Below are positions 1 through 9,517 of a stretch of 64,000 bases of DNA, in pieces. Origin of the DNA: Candidatus Kaiserbacteria bacterium (GTDB lineage Bacteria > Patescibacteriota > Minisyncoccia > Phycocordibacterales > Phycocordibacteraceae); contig JARIGN010000004.1 of the NCBI GenBank assembly GCA_029288835.1, positions 22,313 through 86,312 of the forward strand. The letters run 5' to 3'. Both the position numbers and the translations under genes were made by a program. Each line of letters starts with the position of its first letter. Within the stretch, counting starts at the first letter, position 1. The notes beneath the pieces were generated by a model. It did no database searches. It was not told where the DNA came from and worked only from the letters and a program-made list of their open reading frames with translations.

Positions 1-1
1 T

Positions 2-2752
2 GTAGGTTCTTTTGAAAATAGAAGTGCACTAAATACCGTTGCACCCGCACCCATCTCTTCGCCGGAAGAAGAGCTTGCCTATTTACGCGCGCAAGTCGAA
101 GCAAAAGAAGCAGAGCTTCGCGAACTAAAGCAGGAGCAGCCGCAGGCACTCGTAGCGCATGAGCGCCTTTTGCATCATCGCGAAGAGGGTCATGCCGTCA
201 TGGCGCCTGAGTATAGGATTTCTCCCACTGAGGCGCAGGAGCTCGCACTCGAGCTCGATCCAGAGCAGGACGACGAGACCATGGAAGAACTGCGGAATAT
301 CATGGAAGAAAAGGGTATTCGCAATGCCTATGCCGTGCTCGACCACCTCAATAGCCCGCACCTTGAGGACGACTTCCACCGTTTTCTCGTGCAGTACATC
401 CTGGCAGGCATGCAGCCAAACGGGATGCGCGACAGCCAGCCCGAGTGGAAGTCACTTCACTTTACACTCTATGAAATAGCTTTGCCTGAAAAGGAACAAA
501 CTGAAGAGGGGAAGCAAAAGGTGCTTAAGGAGCTCATCTCCTCCATGGAGCAGTTTTATGCGAGCATGCTTTCCGTTGCGGAAGCCTATGCGGGCGAGCC
601 GCCATACTTTTCACTCGAGCTCGCAGTGCCTGTGGACCGTTCAGCACTCTTTTTCTATGCTGCCGTGCCAAATGGCCGTCGCGATCTTTTTGAAAAATCA
701 ATCCTTTCCATTTTTCCACACGCGCACCTCACGCCTCAGCCTAATGACTACAATGCCTTTGTGCCAGAAGGCTTTTCTATAGGAACCACGGCGAAGCTTG
801 CACATAAGCAGATGCTGCCGCTGAAGGACTATACGGAGTTTGACTATGATCCCTTAAATTCCATTCTCAACGCGTTTGCAAAAATCGGTGCAGAAGATGA
901 AGGCGCAGCGCTGCAGATAATATTTCAGCCAAAGGGTGACCGCTACATTCGCCACTATAGAAAAGTGCTTGAAGCACTGCGTCGCGGGGAAGATACGTAT
1001 AAGGCGCTCAATACTCCAGAATCCTTTGCGGGAGAACTCGTAAAAGAGACCGGAGCGATTTTCGTAAAGCCAAAAGAGCTTGACCGTTCCCATGCCGACC
1101 AAACGGTCATCGAGCTCGTCGAAAAGAAAATGGCGTCGCCTATTATTGCGACGAACATTCGCATGGTGGTGTCTTCGCGCAGTGAAGTGCGTGCTACGCA
1201 AATCCTCAATGACCTGGAATCTTCCTTCAACCAGTTTGAAAATACACGAGGGAATAGGCTGCAGTTTAAGCGTTTTCATAAGCGCCAGGCAAAAGACCTT
1301 TTCCATGACTTCACGTACCGTCTTTTTGCCCCCAGCGCTGAAATGCCGCTAAACCTTCGCGAGCTCACGACCATCTACCACTTCCCACCGAAGGGTATCG
1401 AATCATCACCAAACCTCAAGCAGGGCAGATACACCACTGCGGCTGCGCCGCTAGATCTTCCTCGCGAGGGTCTTTATATCGGCTCCAACTTCTTCCGTGG
1501 GACGGAAACGCATGTGACCCTTGCGCCGCAGGACCGTCTTCGTCACCTATATGTAATAGGACAGACCGGTACGGGTAAGTCGGTATTCTTGAAGAATCTC
1601 TGTATTCAGGACATTCAAGCGGGTGAAGGCACGTGCTTTATTGATCCCCACGGCAACGATATCATCGATATTCTTGCCGCCGTGCCGCCGGAGCGCTATG
1701 AAGACGTGATTTATTTTGACCCTGCGTATCTCGACCGCCCGTTCGGGCTCAACCTCCTTGAGTATGACCAGCGCATGCCTGAGCAAAAGACGTTTATTGT
1801 GAATGAAATCCTTGCTATCTTCCGCAGGCTCTATGGCGACGTGCCGGAAAGTATGGGCCCGATGTTTGAACAGTACTTCCGAAACTCAACGCTTCTCGTC
1901 ATGGAAGATCCGGCGAGCGGCTCGACACTGCTCGATATTGCGCGCGTACTTTCGAACAAAGCCTTCCGCGATATGAAACTTTCTCGCTGCTTTAACCCGG
2001 TCGTGAGCCAGTTCTGGAATGAGATCGCAACGCAAGCAGGTGGGGAGGCGTCGCTTGAAAATATCGTGCCGTATATCACCAACAAGTTTGACGACTTCTC
2101 CGCGAACGATTTCATGCGCCCTATCGTCGGCCAGCAAAACTCTTCCTTTAACTTCCGCGAGGTAATGGATAACAAAAAAATCTTGCTGGTGAATCTTTCG
2201 AAGGGAAGGCTCGGCGAGCGTAATGCAAACCTCATTGGTTTGATTTTGGTAGGGAAGATCTTTATGGCTGCACTTTCTCGTGCCGACTCCGTCGGCACGA
2301 ATTTCCCGCCGTTCTATCTGTACATCGACGAGTTCCAAAACATCACCACCGACTCCATTCCTGCCATTCTTTCAGAAGCCCGTAAATACAAGCTATCTTT
2401 GACGGTGGCGCACCAGTTCCTGGCACAGATCGACGAGAAGATTCGTGATGCGGTGTTTGGAAACGTCGGCTCCATGAGCGTGTTCCGTGTGGGGCAGGAA
2501 GATGGAGAATTCTTTGCAAAGCAGTTTGCCCCAACTATCAACGCGCTCGATTTCGTCAATATCGAAAACTATAATGCGTACATAAAAATGCTCGCGGGTG
2601 GTGTGCCACAAAAGCCATTCAATATTAAGACGCCGGCGCCAATTCAGGGTAACCCGAACCAGGTCGACGACCTCCGCGAGCTTTCCTACCTAACCTATGG
2701 CCGCGACCGCCTCACGGTGGAGACCGCTATCCGCAACCGGTACCTATCCTAA
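2..2752 (+). CDS. VirD4/TraD/TrwB-like type IV secretion coupling-type ATPase (DUF87/HerA-FtsK superfamily), 5'-truncated by the window edge
   Basis: Frame is open from position 2. Walker A GQTGTGKS, FIDPHG motif, Walker B LYIDEFQN, and SEARKYKLSLTVAHQ typical of VirD4-like proteins. Confidence 0.85.
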   Translation, partial: VGSFENRSALNTVAPAPISSPEEELAYLRAQVEAKEAELRELKQEQPQALVAHERLLHHREEGHAVMAPEYRISPTEAQELALELDPEQDDETMEELRNIMEEKGIRNAYAVLDHLNSPHLEDDFHRFLVQYILAGMQPNGMRDSQPEWKSLHFTLYEIALPEKEQTEEGKQKVLKELISSMEQFYASMLSVAEAYAGEPPYFSLELAVPVDRSALFFYAAVPNGRRDLFEKSILSIFPHAHLTPQPNDYNAFVPEGFSIGTTAKLAHKQMLPLKDYTEFDYDPLNSILNAFAKIGAEDEGAALQIIFQPKGDRYIRHYRKVLEALRRGEDTYKALNTPESFAGELVKETGAIFVKPKELDRSHADQTVIELVEKKMASPIIATNIRMVVSSRSEVRATQILNDLESSFNQFENTRGNRLQFKRFHKRQAKDLFHDFTYRLFAPSAEMPLNLRELTTIYHFPPKGIESSPNLKQGRYTTAAAPLDLPREGLYIGSNFFRGTETHVTLAPQDRLRHLYVIGQTGTGKSVFLKNLCIQDIQAGEGTCFIDPHGNDIIDILAAVPPERYEDVIYFDPAYLDRPFGLNLLEYDQRMPEQKTFIVNEILAIFRRLYGDVPESMGPMFEQYFRNSTLLVMEDPASGSTLLDIARVLSNKAFRDMKLSRCFNPVVSQFWNEIATQAGGEASLENIVPYITNKFDDFSANDFMRPIVGQQNSSFNFREVMDNKKILLVNLSKGRLGERNANLIGLILVGKIFMAALSRADSVGTNFPPFYLYIDEFQNITTDSIPAILSEARKYKLSLTVAHQFLAQIDEKIRDAVFGNVGSMSVFRVGQEDGEFFAKQFAPTINALDFVNIENYNAYIKMLAGGVPQKPFNIKTPAPIQGNPNQVDDLRELSYLTYGRDRLTVETAIRNRYLS

Positions 2753-2779
2753 CGTGACAGCTCAGCTTATACTTTAGAT

Positions 2780-5419
2780 ATGCCAACAGGTGAAAAACTA
2801 CCAAAAATTACAGCTAATGAAAAAGGCGTAACTGTTTCCGGTCACAAAGAGGGTGTGACTGTAAATAATAATTACAAAACTGAGATTCATATCCACGGAT
2901 CAGCTCCTGAATCTCATCCGACCACAACTGTAACTGAGCCGCAAAGAATTGTTTTTTTCTCAACGCAGCGAAAAAGATTAGAAAAGATAGAAAAGCACCG
3001 CGCAAGAATGCAGGAAGCAGTTAAGGCGCTGCGAGAAAAAGAAGGAAAACAAGATAACAAAGAGTCTCCCAACGTCGAGTCCCCTAAAGCTGAAACTGCC
3101 GGCGCTGCAGCTACTCAGACTCCTAATGCAGCACCTAAAACAGAAAGTGCTCCAGAGAAGACCACTGAAAAGCTAAAGCCGCTTCGCGACAAAGGAATAG
3201 AAGAGGTAATGGAGAAGATGAAGGCTCGAAATGTGGCTGAAGCTTCTGCCTCAACGCCAAAGCCAGCAGCAGAGAAAAAACCGGATGCCTTTACTCCTGA
3301 TGAAAATAGGCTACTTAGGCTCGCCCTTGCTTCGAGAGGACCAGAAGCAATGAGGGAACTTCAAAAGCAGCTGCAATTGGATAAAGGGGAAAAGATTGAT
3401 GGAAAGTTAGGAAAAAGAACAAACCAAGAGCGCAGAGCGAAAGCAATGGAGCAGGCTGAAAAAATGCTTACTGCGGAAGGAGCATACTTTGTAGCACTCA
3501 AAGAATTTCACAGAACAAAAGGCTTCCATAGTGTCATTGGCGACAAATTTAACCCAGACGGTAGAATGCTTCCGCCAAATGTGCAGGCTTTAAAAGATGC
3601 ATGGATTGCTTCTCGCTCCTCATATGCGGAGTTTATGCGTAACAGTGCCGAAGATAGCCATCGAAAAAGGCATGAGAGGTATACCGGAAAGACTGCAGAG
3701 CTCCTCACCGACCGTGTAATGGAGCGGTACCAACGGCGCTTCATGGTTAAGGAAGTGGTCTTAGGTGCAGAAAAGGCAGAGCAAAGGGCACGTCTTGAGG
3801 GGCTTTCAACGCGTGACAAAAAAGGAATTGAAAAGTTTTTTGATAAGTACCAAAAGGGAATTAGTAAAGGCCTTCGGATATTTGGTACAGGTGCGATGAT
3901 AACGATGGGCATGGCTGCGGGAATTAGCGGATCTCCAATCGTTGGAATTGGAGCACTTCTATTCGGGGGCGCATCTGCTTTTAGTCTCTATAAAGCAGCA
4001 AAGGCAAAAGATGGTTCGGAAGAAAAGAAAAAATGGGAAAGAAGAGCACAGCTCACTAGCTTTGCAGGTATATTTGGCTGGGTTGGAGACAAGCTCATTC
4101 GCGGTGGTCATTCTTTAAACAAAACAGTTGATAAAGCTCATCAAACTCTTGAAAAGAGAGAGGGTCTCGGCGACCTTACCAGCGTGCAAAACATGAAGAA
4201 TATTGCCCATGAAAGGAAGCGAGCAACACAGGCAGAGGAAGTGGTTGAAGCAGATGCACGCATGGGAAGACTCGCAGGGTCGCTAATAGGAGGTGCGGCA
4301 GTAGGGGGTGCTCTGCATGGCCACCTTGGTCTTGGAGGAGGCTTTGAGCACCATAAGACAGTAAGTGAACTTTCTATTGGAGAGCACGCTGGGGGTCACA
4401 CCATTTATGACGGAGAAAGGCTTCTCGGACATTTTGCGAATAAGCTTCACAACCATCACTTCCCGGGAGGACATGTCCCAAAGTCAGTGCAAGCTTTTGA
4501 AAAGCTCCTTCACGTGAAAGGGCACAAAGGTTTTGCATGGAGCGCGGGGGAAAATAGAGCTTCAAAACTCCTGGGGTTTGAGGGTCCTAATGGAAGCGTT
4601 GTGATGCAGCCACACGACAGTCTAAAGCTCCTTGATAATGGAGACATTATTCTCCATAGGCCGGGACATCCGGAAATGGATACCCTTATTATGGATTCAC
4701 AAGGAAATCCTCACCAGATAGATACCTTTGTATGGCACCAGGCGCCCGTAGGGCATCATGCGCCTGGTTCTCCTACTCACGAAATGCATGAAGGCCATGA
4801 TATGAGTGCTGCCGCTTCAAATGACACCTCCCATGACCATGATGATGTTGCATTAAATAATGAGCAGCACCAAAAAGACCTTGCTGAAGACGCTGCGCGC
4901 CACTACACTCAGCCACCGACATCAACTCACATACCAGTACAGTCTACTGTTTCCCAACCAGAAAATGCGGCAAGCACCCAACAAGCATACGAAAACTTCA
5001 AACATAATTTCGCTGAACTAAAAGCCGAGCACCAAGCTGAGCGCGCTGCAGAGCATACTGCTCCACCGCATAGTGAAGTAATGTCTGCCGTTGCGGCACA
5101 TCAGCCTCCTCATGCACCTGACCTAGGCCCTATTGTGCAGCCACCACCGCATATTATTCAAGGGTCGGAGCATGCCGTAGCTACTGATAATGGGCATATT
5201 GAAGCAGAGTCTGCTGCTACTTTTCACGCGGAGCCTGGATCAGTGGCAGCATGGAATCAGGCGCGCGTGGCACCTGCAGGAACAGAAGTCCCGTATATAA
5301 GTCATGTTGATCCTAGTGGACCCCACTGGAATTCATGGGTTTCGGACGGAAAGGGACAAGTCCATGAAATATTGGGAGTTGACTCAGCTAATGGGAAACA
5401 CCTCCCTCCAGCAGCGTAG
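2780..5419 (+). CDS. Large hypothetical membrane protein: charged N-terminus, Gly-rich hydrophobic segments, His/Pro-rich C-terminus
   Basis: 879-aa ORF. TATACT 6 nt before ATG. Hydrophobic segments IFGTGAMITMGMAAGISGSPIVGIGALLFGG and LAGSLIGGAAVGGAL. Confidence 0.8.
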   Translation: MPTGEKLPKITANEKGVTVSGHKEGVTVNNNYKTEIHIHGSAPESHPTTTVTEPQRIVFFSTQRKRLEKIEKHRARMQEAVKALREKEGKQDNKESPNVESPKAETAGAAATQTPNAAPKTESAPEKTTEKLKPLRDKGIEEVMEKMKARNVAEASASTPKPAAEKKPDAFTPDENRLLRLALASRGPEAMRELQKQLQLDKGEKIDGKLGKRTNQERRAKAMEQAEKMLTAEGAYFVALKEFHRTKGFHSVIGDKFNPDGRMLPPNVQALKDAWIASRSSYAEFMRNSAEDSHRKRHERYTGKTAELLTDRVMERYQRRFMVKEVVLGAEKAEQRARLEGLSTRDKKGIEKFFDKYQKGISKGLRIFGTGAMITMGMAAGISGSPIVGIGALLFGGASAFSLYKAAKAKDGSEEKKKWERRAQLTSFAGIFGWVGDKLIRGGHSLNKTVDKAHQTLEKREGLGDLTSVQNMKNIAHERKRATQAEEVVEADARMGRLAGSLIGGAAVGGALHGHLGLGGGFEHHKTVSELSIGEHAGGHTIYDGERLLGHFANKLHNHHFPGGHVPKSVQAFEKLLHVKGHKGFAWSAGENRASKLLGFEGPNGSVVMQPHDSLKLLDNGDIILHRPGHPEMDTLIMDSQGNPHQIDTFVWHQAPVGHHAPGSPTHEMHEGHDMSAAASNDTSHDHDDVALNNEQHQKDLAEDAARHYTQPPTSTHIPVQSTVSQPENAASTQQAYENFKHNFAELKAEHQAERAAEHTAPPHSEVMSAVAAHQPPHAPDLGPIVQPPPHIIQGSEHAVATDNGHIEAESAATFHAEPGSVAAWNQARVAPAGTEVPYISHVDPSGPHWNSWVSDGKGQVHEILGVDSANGKHLPPAA

Positions 5420-5442
5420 TGTTATTACATAATTACATTTCT

Positions 5443-5733
5443 ATGACCTCTTTTGATGAAATTAAAGAAGCCCTCGACTTCGATACTATGACAAAAGCAG
5501 AGCAAGATGATTTATTGCTTGAATTGAATGAACTTATCTTTAAAGGGACTATGATTCGAGTTCTAGAGGTTATGGATGAAAAGGATAAGGAAGGCTTTCA
5601 TGATCTTATTGATCAGAATGCAAGCAGCGAAGAATTGTCACGTTATATCCAATCACACGTCTCAAATATTGACTTTTTTGTTGCAGAGACTGTGCAGGAT
5701 TTGACGCAGGATATACAAGCAGTGCTAAAATAG
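5443..5733 (+). CDS. Small acidic helical protein (DUF5663-like, common in CPR)
   Basis: ATG at 5443 gives MTSFDEIKEALDFDTMTKAEQDDLLLELNELIFKG. Family call is from resemblance only. Confidence 0.6.
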   Translation: MTSFDEIKEALDFDTMTKAEQDDLLLELNELIFKGTMIRVLEVMDEKDKEGFHDLIDQNASSEELSRYIQSHVSNIDFFVAETVQDLTQDIQAVLK

Positions 5734-5737
5734 AGAC

Positions 5738-6310
5738 ATGAATCAAAACACCAACGTAACCGGCACAGGAATTGCAGTGGCTGTAGCTGTAATTATCGCC
5801 ATTGCACTTATTTTTTTTGGGCCACGAATATTTACCTTATTTTCCAGTGCGCCTTCATTAGGCAGCGTCGCATCAAGTACTGCTTCAACGTCGGAAGCAA
5901 CAGAACAACCTAATCCACAACCAACTATGAATCCAAACACTGCAGACCTATCGGGAGTACCAGCAAACCCAACACAGCTTATGACTAAAGACATCACGAT
6001 TGGTACGGGTGCAGAAGCGAAAGCAGGAGATACCGTAACGGTTAATTACGTAGGTATGCTCACAAATGGAACTGTGTTCGATGCTTCGGCAAATCATGGT
6101 ACTTCTGGTTTTACTTTTCCTCTCGGGGCAGGTCAGGTCATCAAAGGTTGGGATGAAGGGGTCCAGGGCATGAAAGTCGGTGGAAAGCGTGAGCTTGTTA
6201 TTCCCGCCTCTCTCGGGTATGGAAGCCAAGCAGTTGGTCCTATTCCTGCTAACTCAACGCTTGTGTTTGAAGTAGAACTCTTAAACGTACAGGCAAGTAC
6301 ACAGCAATAG
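5738..6310 (+). CDS. Membrane-anchored FKBP-type peptidyl-prolyl cis-trans isomerase
   Basis: N-terminal TM helix. VNYVGMLTNGTVFDAS, VIKGWDEGVQGMKVGGKRELVIP, IPANSTLVFEVELL. Confidence 0.95.
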   Translation: MNQNTNVTGTGIAVAVAVIIAIALIFFGPRIFTLFSSAPSLGSVASSTASTSEATEQPNPQPTMNPNTADLSGVPANPTQLMTKDITIGTGAEAKAGDTVTVNYVGMLTNGTVFDASANHGTSGFTFPLGAGQVIKGWDEGVQGMKVGGKRELVIPASLGYGSQAVGPIPANSTLVFEVELLNVQASTQQ

Positions 6311-6335
6311 AAAATTTATTTCTGTAAGTATATAG

Positions 6336-6371
6336 AAAAAGGGCGCGACAGCAGTCTGCTATCGCGCCCTT
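6336..6371 (-). terminator. Intrinsic terminator between convergent FKBP and lipoprotein genes
   Basis: Stem aagggcgcga/tcgcgccctt preceded by an A-tract, which gives a U-tract on the minus strand. Confidence 0.7.
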
Positions 6372-6392
6372 ATGCGACCGAATTGGTCGAGT

Positions 6393-6965
6393 TTAGGAAC
6401 GTGTGTGGCGCACGTTGCCCTGGATGTTGTTCCGGATCGGTTCCGGTTCAACAAAGAGGTCGTCGTGTAGGCCTGGATGAAGCTTCTTGTAGTAGTTCAG
6501 AAAGTCTCGAGCACAGCCTGCGACGGGGGAAACTTGGCCTTGGCTGTAAATGATAGCGCTGTTGGGAACAGAGTCGATCGCACCCACGACGGCTCCCACG
6601 CCCCAGTACTTCTTGGCCAGCGCCTTACCGACTCCAAGCATCTTCGCCTGGGTGCCTATCGAAAGTGCTCCAGCTCCTGCTGAAACGGCCCCATTTGCGA
6701 GGATGGTTTCAGGAAATCCAGACCCTTGGTTGTTTTGCTGGTGCTGACACTTGATTGCCTGCACTTCGCAGAGACGTCCTTCATCGGGCGTAAGCACGGG
6801 ACCGAGAGTAATACCCTCGGTGTACTTGAAACACCCGATTTTCGTCACAGCCCCTTCGTCGGAGTGAGAGATTCCGGCAAAAGGTCCGGGACCTGGAGTG
6901 GAGCATGCAGACAGTTGAGCGCCAGCAAGCAGGAGCCCACAGGCGGCAATTATCTTGAGATTCAT
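6393..6965 (-). CDS. Putative lipoprotein with glycine-zipper-like hydrophobic segments
   Basis: Signal MNLKIIAACGLLLAGAQLSA-C (lipobox). SD AGGAG upstream. Own terminator. Confidence 0.7.
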   Translation of the reverse strand: MNLKIIAACGLLLAGAQLSACSTPGPGPFAGISHSDEGAVTKIGCFKYTEGITLGPVLTPDEGRLCEVQAIKCQHQQNNQGSGFPETILANGAVSAGAGALSIGTQAKMLGVGKALAKKYWGVGAVVGAIDSVPNSAIIYSQGQVSPVAGCARDFLNYYKKLHPGLHDDLFVEPEPIRNNIQGNVRHTRS

Positions 6966-7083
6966 TACACTACACTCCTAAGTGGCAATGCCACGGTGAA
7001 ATTTGTAGGTACTAATGCACCCTAGGTACCATATAACATATAAATAGCGCAAATGTCAAGATTTTACAGACGTATTGAAGAGC

Positions 7084-7112
7084 TTGACAATATAGGAATT
7101 ATAGATTATAGT
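7084..7112 (+). promoter_or_regulatory. Sigma70-type promoter
   Basis: TTGACA-N17-TATAGT upstream of the 7162 ORF. Confidence 0.65.
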
Positions 7113-7161
7113 GTTTCAAGATCAAACGCTCTAACCAGAGCTACATCGAGGGACTACCACC

Positions 7162-7485
7162 ATGATGAACGTTCTCAAGATCACGCTTTTCGGAGCAGCC
7201 GCGCTGTCGCTCGTCGCATGCAATTCGCATGGGTACGATCAAACAGACACATATACCCAGACTGTCCACCATCACGGGGACTGCTGGGGAGGGGAGTGCA
7301 GTCGGCTGCGCGCCAGCGAGGCGCAACCTTCGGAATTCCAGGATCCCACAATCCAGAATTCGAACGACGTCTCCGTGTATGTTGACGGGGATGGCGGCTC
7401 CAGTCGTCCTCATCGCCGTCACGTGCGTGTCGCCCACGCGAACTCGTCCTCTCATCAGAAGGTTTGTAAGCCCGACGATGACTGA
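7162..7485 (+). CDS. Putative small lipoprotein
   Basis: Signal MMNVLKITLFGAAALSLVA-C (lipobox). GAGGG SD-like site, promoter and terminator flank it. Confidence 0.65.
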   Translation: MMNVLKITLFGAAALSLVACNSHGYDQTDTYTQTVHHHGDCWGGECSRLRASEAQPSEFQDPTIQNSNDVSVYVDGDGGSSRPHRRHVRVAHANSSSHQKVCKPDDD

Positions 7486-7504
7486 CGATGACGTGGCCTC
7501 GACC

Positions 7505-7546
7505 AGCCCACCCAATTCTTCACAGATGCGGGTGGGCTTTCACTTT
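7505..7546 (+). terminator. Intrinsic terminator
   Basis: Stem agcccaccc/gggtgggct followed by T-rich tract. Confidence 0.6.
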
Positions 7547-7573
7547 ATATACTTTTACGATATCAATAAGTAG

Positions 7574-8929
7574 ATGAGCAATAGCATTTCTCGCAACTCA
7601 ATACAATTTTCAATTACCGCAAAAGGCCCCGCTTCAAATAATGGTAATGACTTGCGTTTTGCACGTGCAGGCACGCTCACCACACCCCACGGAACAATCC
7701 AAACACCCGCATTCGTCCCGGTAGGTACAAAGGCTGCCATAAAAGGAATCTTGCCTGAGCAGCTAGCTTCGCTTGGGGCTCAGGTCGTGCTTGCAAACAC
7801 CTACCACCTATACCTGCAGCCAGGAGAAAAAACGGTGCAGCAGGGAGGTGGTCTCGCGCAATTCATGGGGTGGGAAAATCCTGCAGACAAAGACGACTCC
7901 AATGGTAGTGAAAGCATCTATGGACCCACCATGACCGACTCCGGAGGCTTCCAAGTGTTTTCGCTTGGTGCGGCCTTTGGCCGCACCATTACCAAGATCG
8001 CAAAAGGTGATGAAGCTGCCCGCACAGAGGAAGAGCAACAAGATGCGGCCCGCAAGCAAGCTGAAGCATCGCGCATGGCCGTGTACGACGAAGACGTCGC
8101 TTCCCAGCATGGCCAGCTCGCCATTATTGATGACGAAGGCGTCACCTTCACCTCGCATCTTGACGGCTCGCTGCACCGCTTCACGCCTGAGCGTTCTATT
8201 GAAATACAGCATGCCCTAGGAGCCGATATGTTTTTTGCCTTTGACGAATGCACCTCGCCGACAGAACCGTATGAATACCAGCGTGAAGCCATGGAGCGCA
8301 CCCACCGCTGGGCGCTCCGCTCGCTAAAGGCGCATCGGCAGAACCTTGAGGCAAACAGAAAGCAAGCAATCTTCGGTATCGTACAAGGTGGCCGCTATGA
8401 AGACCTGCGCAGTGAAAGTGCGAAAGAAATTGCCTCGATGGATTTTGATGGCTTCGGCATTGGTGGCTCATTCAGCAAGGAAGATATGGAGGGCGCGCTC
8501 CAGGCTGCTATTAAGGAGCTTCCGGAAGAAAAACCACGGCACTTCCTTGGGATCGGCGAGCCTGGAGACATTCTTACGGGTATTGCTGAAGGCATCGATC
8601 TCTTTGACTGCGTCGCGCCAACCCGCCTGGGCAGACATGGCACCATATACACTAGCGGCGGTCCTATTAATCTAACCAATGAAAAATACCGCTCTGAATT
8701 CATTCCGCTTGATCCGGAACTTTCTTCACCAGTGCCGGGCACAGAAGCCTTCACTCGCGCGTACGTCGCACATCTTTTGCATTCAAAAGAAATGCTTGGG
8801 CAGATAATTGCTTCAATGCATAACGTGGGCTTTATTATCAAGCTCGTCGACGGTGCGCGCGAAGCGTTGCAGGAGGGTCGCTTTGAAGCATATCGTGAAG
8901 AGTTTCTGCGAAAGTACTACGGGCGATAG
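7574..8929 (+). CDS. tgt: tRNA-guanine transglycosylase
   Basis: TPAFVPVGT, LANTYHLYLQPG, MTDSGGFQVFSL, FDECT, GIVQGG, DLFDCVAPTR. Confidence 0.95.
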   Translation: MSNSISRNSIQFSITAKGPASNNGNDLRFARAGTLTTPHGTIQTPAFVPVGTKAAIKGILPEQLASLGAQVVLANTYHLYLQPGEKTVQQGGGLAQFMGWENPADKDDSNGSESIYGPTMTDSGGFQVFSLGAAFGRTITKIAKGDEAARTEEEQQDAARKQAEASRMAVYDEDVASQHGQLAIIDDEGVTFTSHLDGSLHRFTPERSIEIQHALGADMFFAFDECTSPTEPYEYQREAMERTHRWALRSLKAHRQNLEANRKQAIFGIVQGGRYEDLRSESAKEIASMDFDGFGIGGSFSKEDMEGALQAAIKELPEEKPRHFLGIGEPGDILTGIAEGIDLFDCVAPTRLGRHGTIYTSGGPINLTNEKYRSEFIPLDPELSSPVPGTEAFTRAYVAHLLHSKEMLGQIIASMHNVGFIIKLVDGAREALQEGRFEAYREEFLRKYYGR

Positions 8930-8971
8930 AAGTGTCAGTGCCGCATTAGTTTTGCACCCTAATAAGAAAAA

Positions 8972-9001
8972 GGAGTAGCACGCGTCGACGCGTGCTACTC
9001 C
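8972..9001. repeat. Perfect 30-bp palindrome, probably acting as terminator of the minus-strand orphan gene
   Basis: ggagtagcacgcgtc|gacgcgtgctactcc, preceded by an A-tract at 8967-8971. Confidence 0.85.
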
Positions 9002-9018
9002 GAAAGAACAGTGGATCG

Positions 9019-9384
9019 TTACGATTCCTTTATTTTCTTAAGCTCTTCGAGCTGTTTTGCGCACGCCTTATCAAGCGCGGCGAGTTCTTCAGGACCGTAG
9101 TCCTCGACTGCATAGGCCAAGTGGTCAATGCCATTACGCATTATGATGACATGCACGGAAACATGGTCAGGAATACCGGTGGGCTCAATAGAGAAAATAC
9201 AAAAGGTCGTTTCGGCGCGCGTAAGGATAGAAAGAGGGCTTTCAACAATATGAGAAAAACGGAGCGACCCTTTTGCGCTGTCTTCTCCATAGCGCTTCCG
9301 TATATACTTCCCAAGCTCAAGGATGGCAGGATATGCTTCCAGTACTCGAGCAGTTTCCGCGGTTTCGAACTCACGGTCTGTCAT
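9019..9384 (-). CDS. Hypothetical protein
   Basis: ATG at 9384 with GGGGAG SD. ORF fills the tgt-uvrB gap and ends at a hairpin. Confidence 0.6.
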   Translation of the reverse strand: MTDREFETAETARVLEAYPAILELGKYIRKRYGEDSAKGSLRFSHIVESPLSILTRAETTFCIFSIEPTGIPDHVSVHVIIMRNGIDHLAYAVEDYGPEELAALDKACAKQLEELKKIKES

Positions 9385-9517
9385 AACACACTCCCCAAAA
9401 GGACACACGAAACTATGCTATAGGGCCGAGAATTAAATTTTGGTGAATCCCCCTATGGATAAACTCGGAGTAGCAGCAAAGGCTGTCTCTTTTTGTATTC
9501 TCCTATAAAATAGGGCA

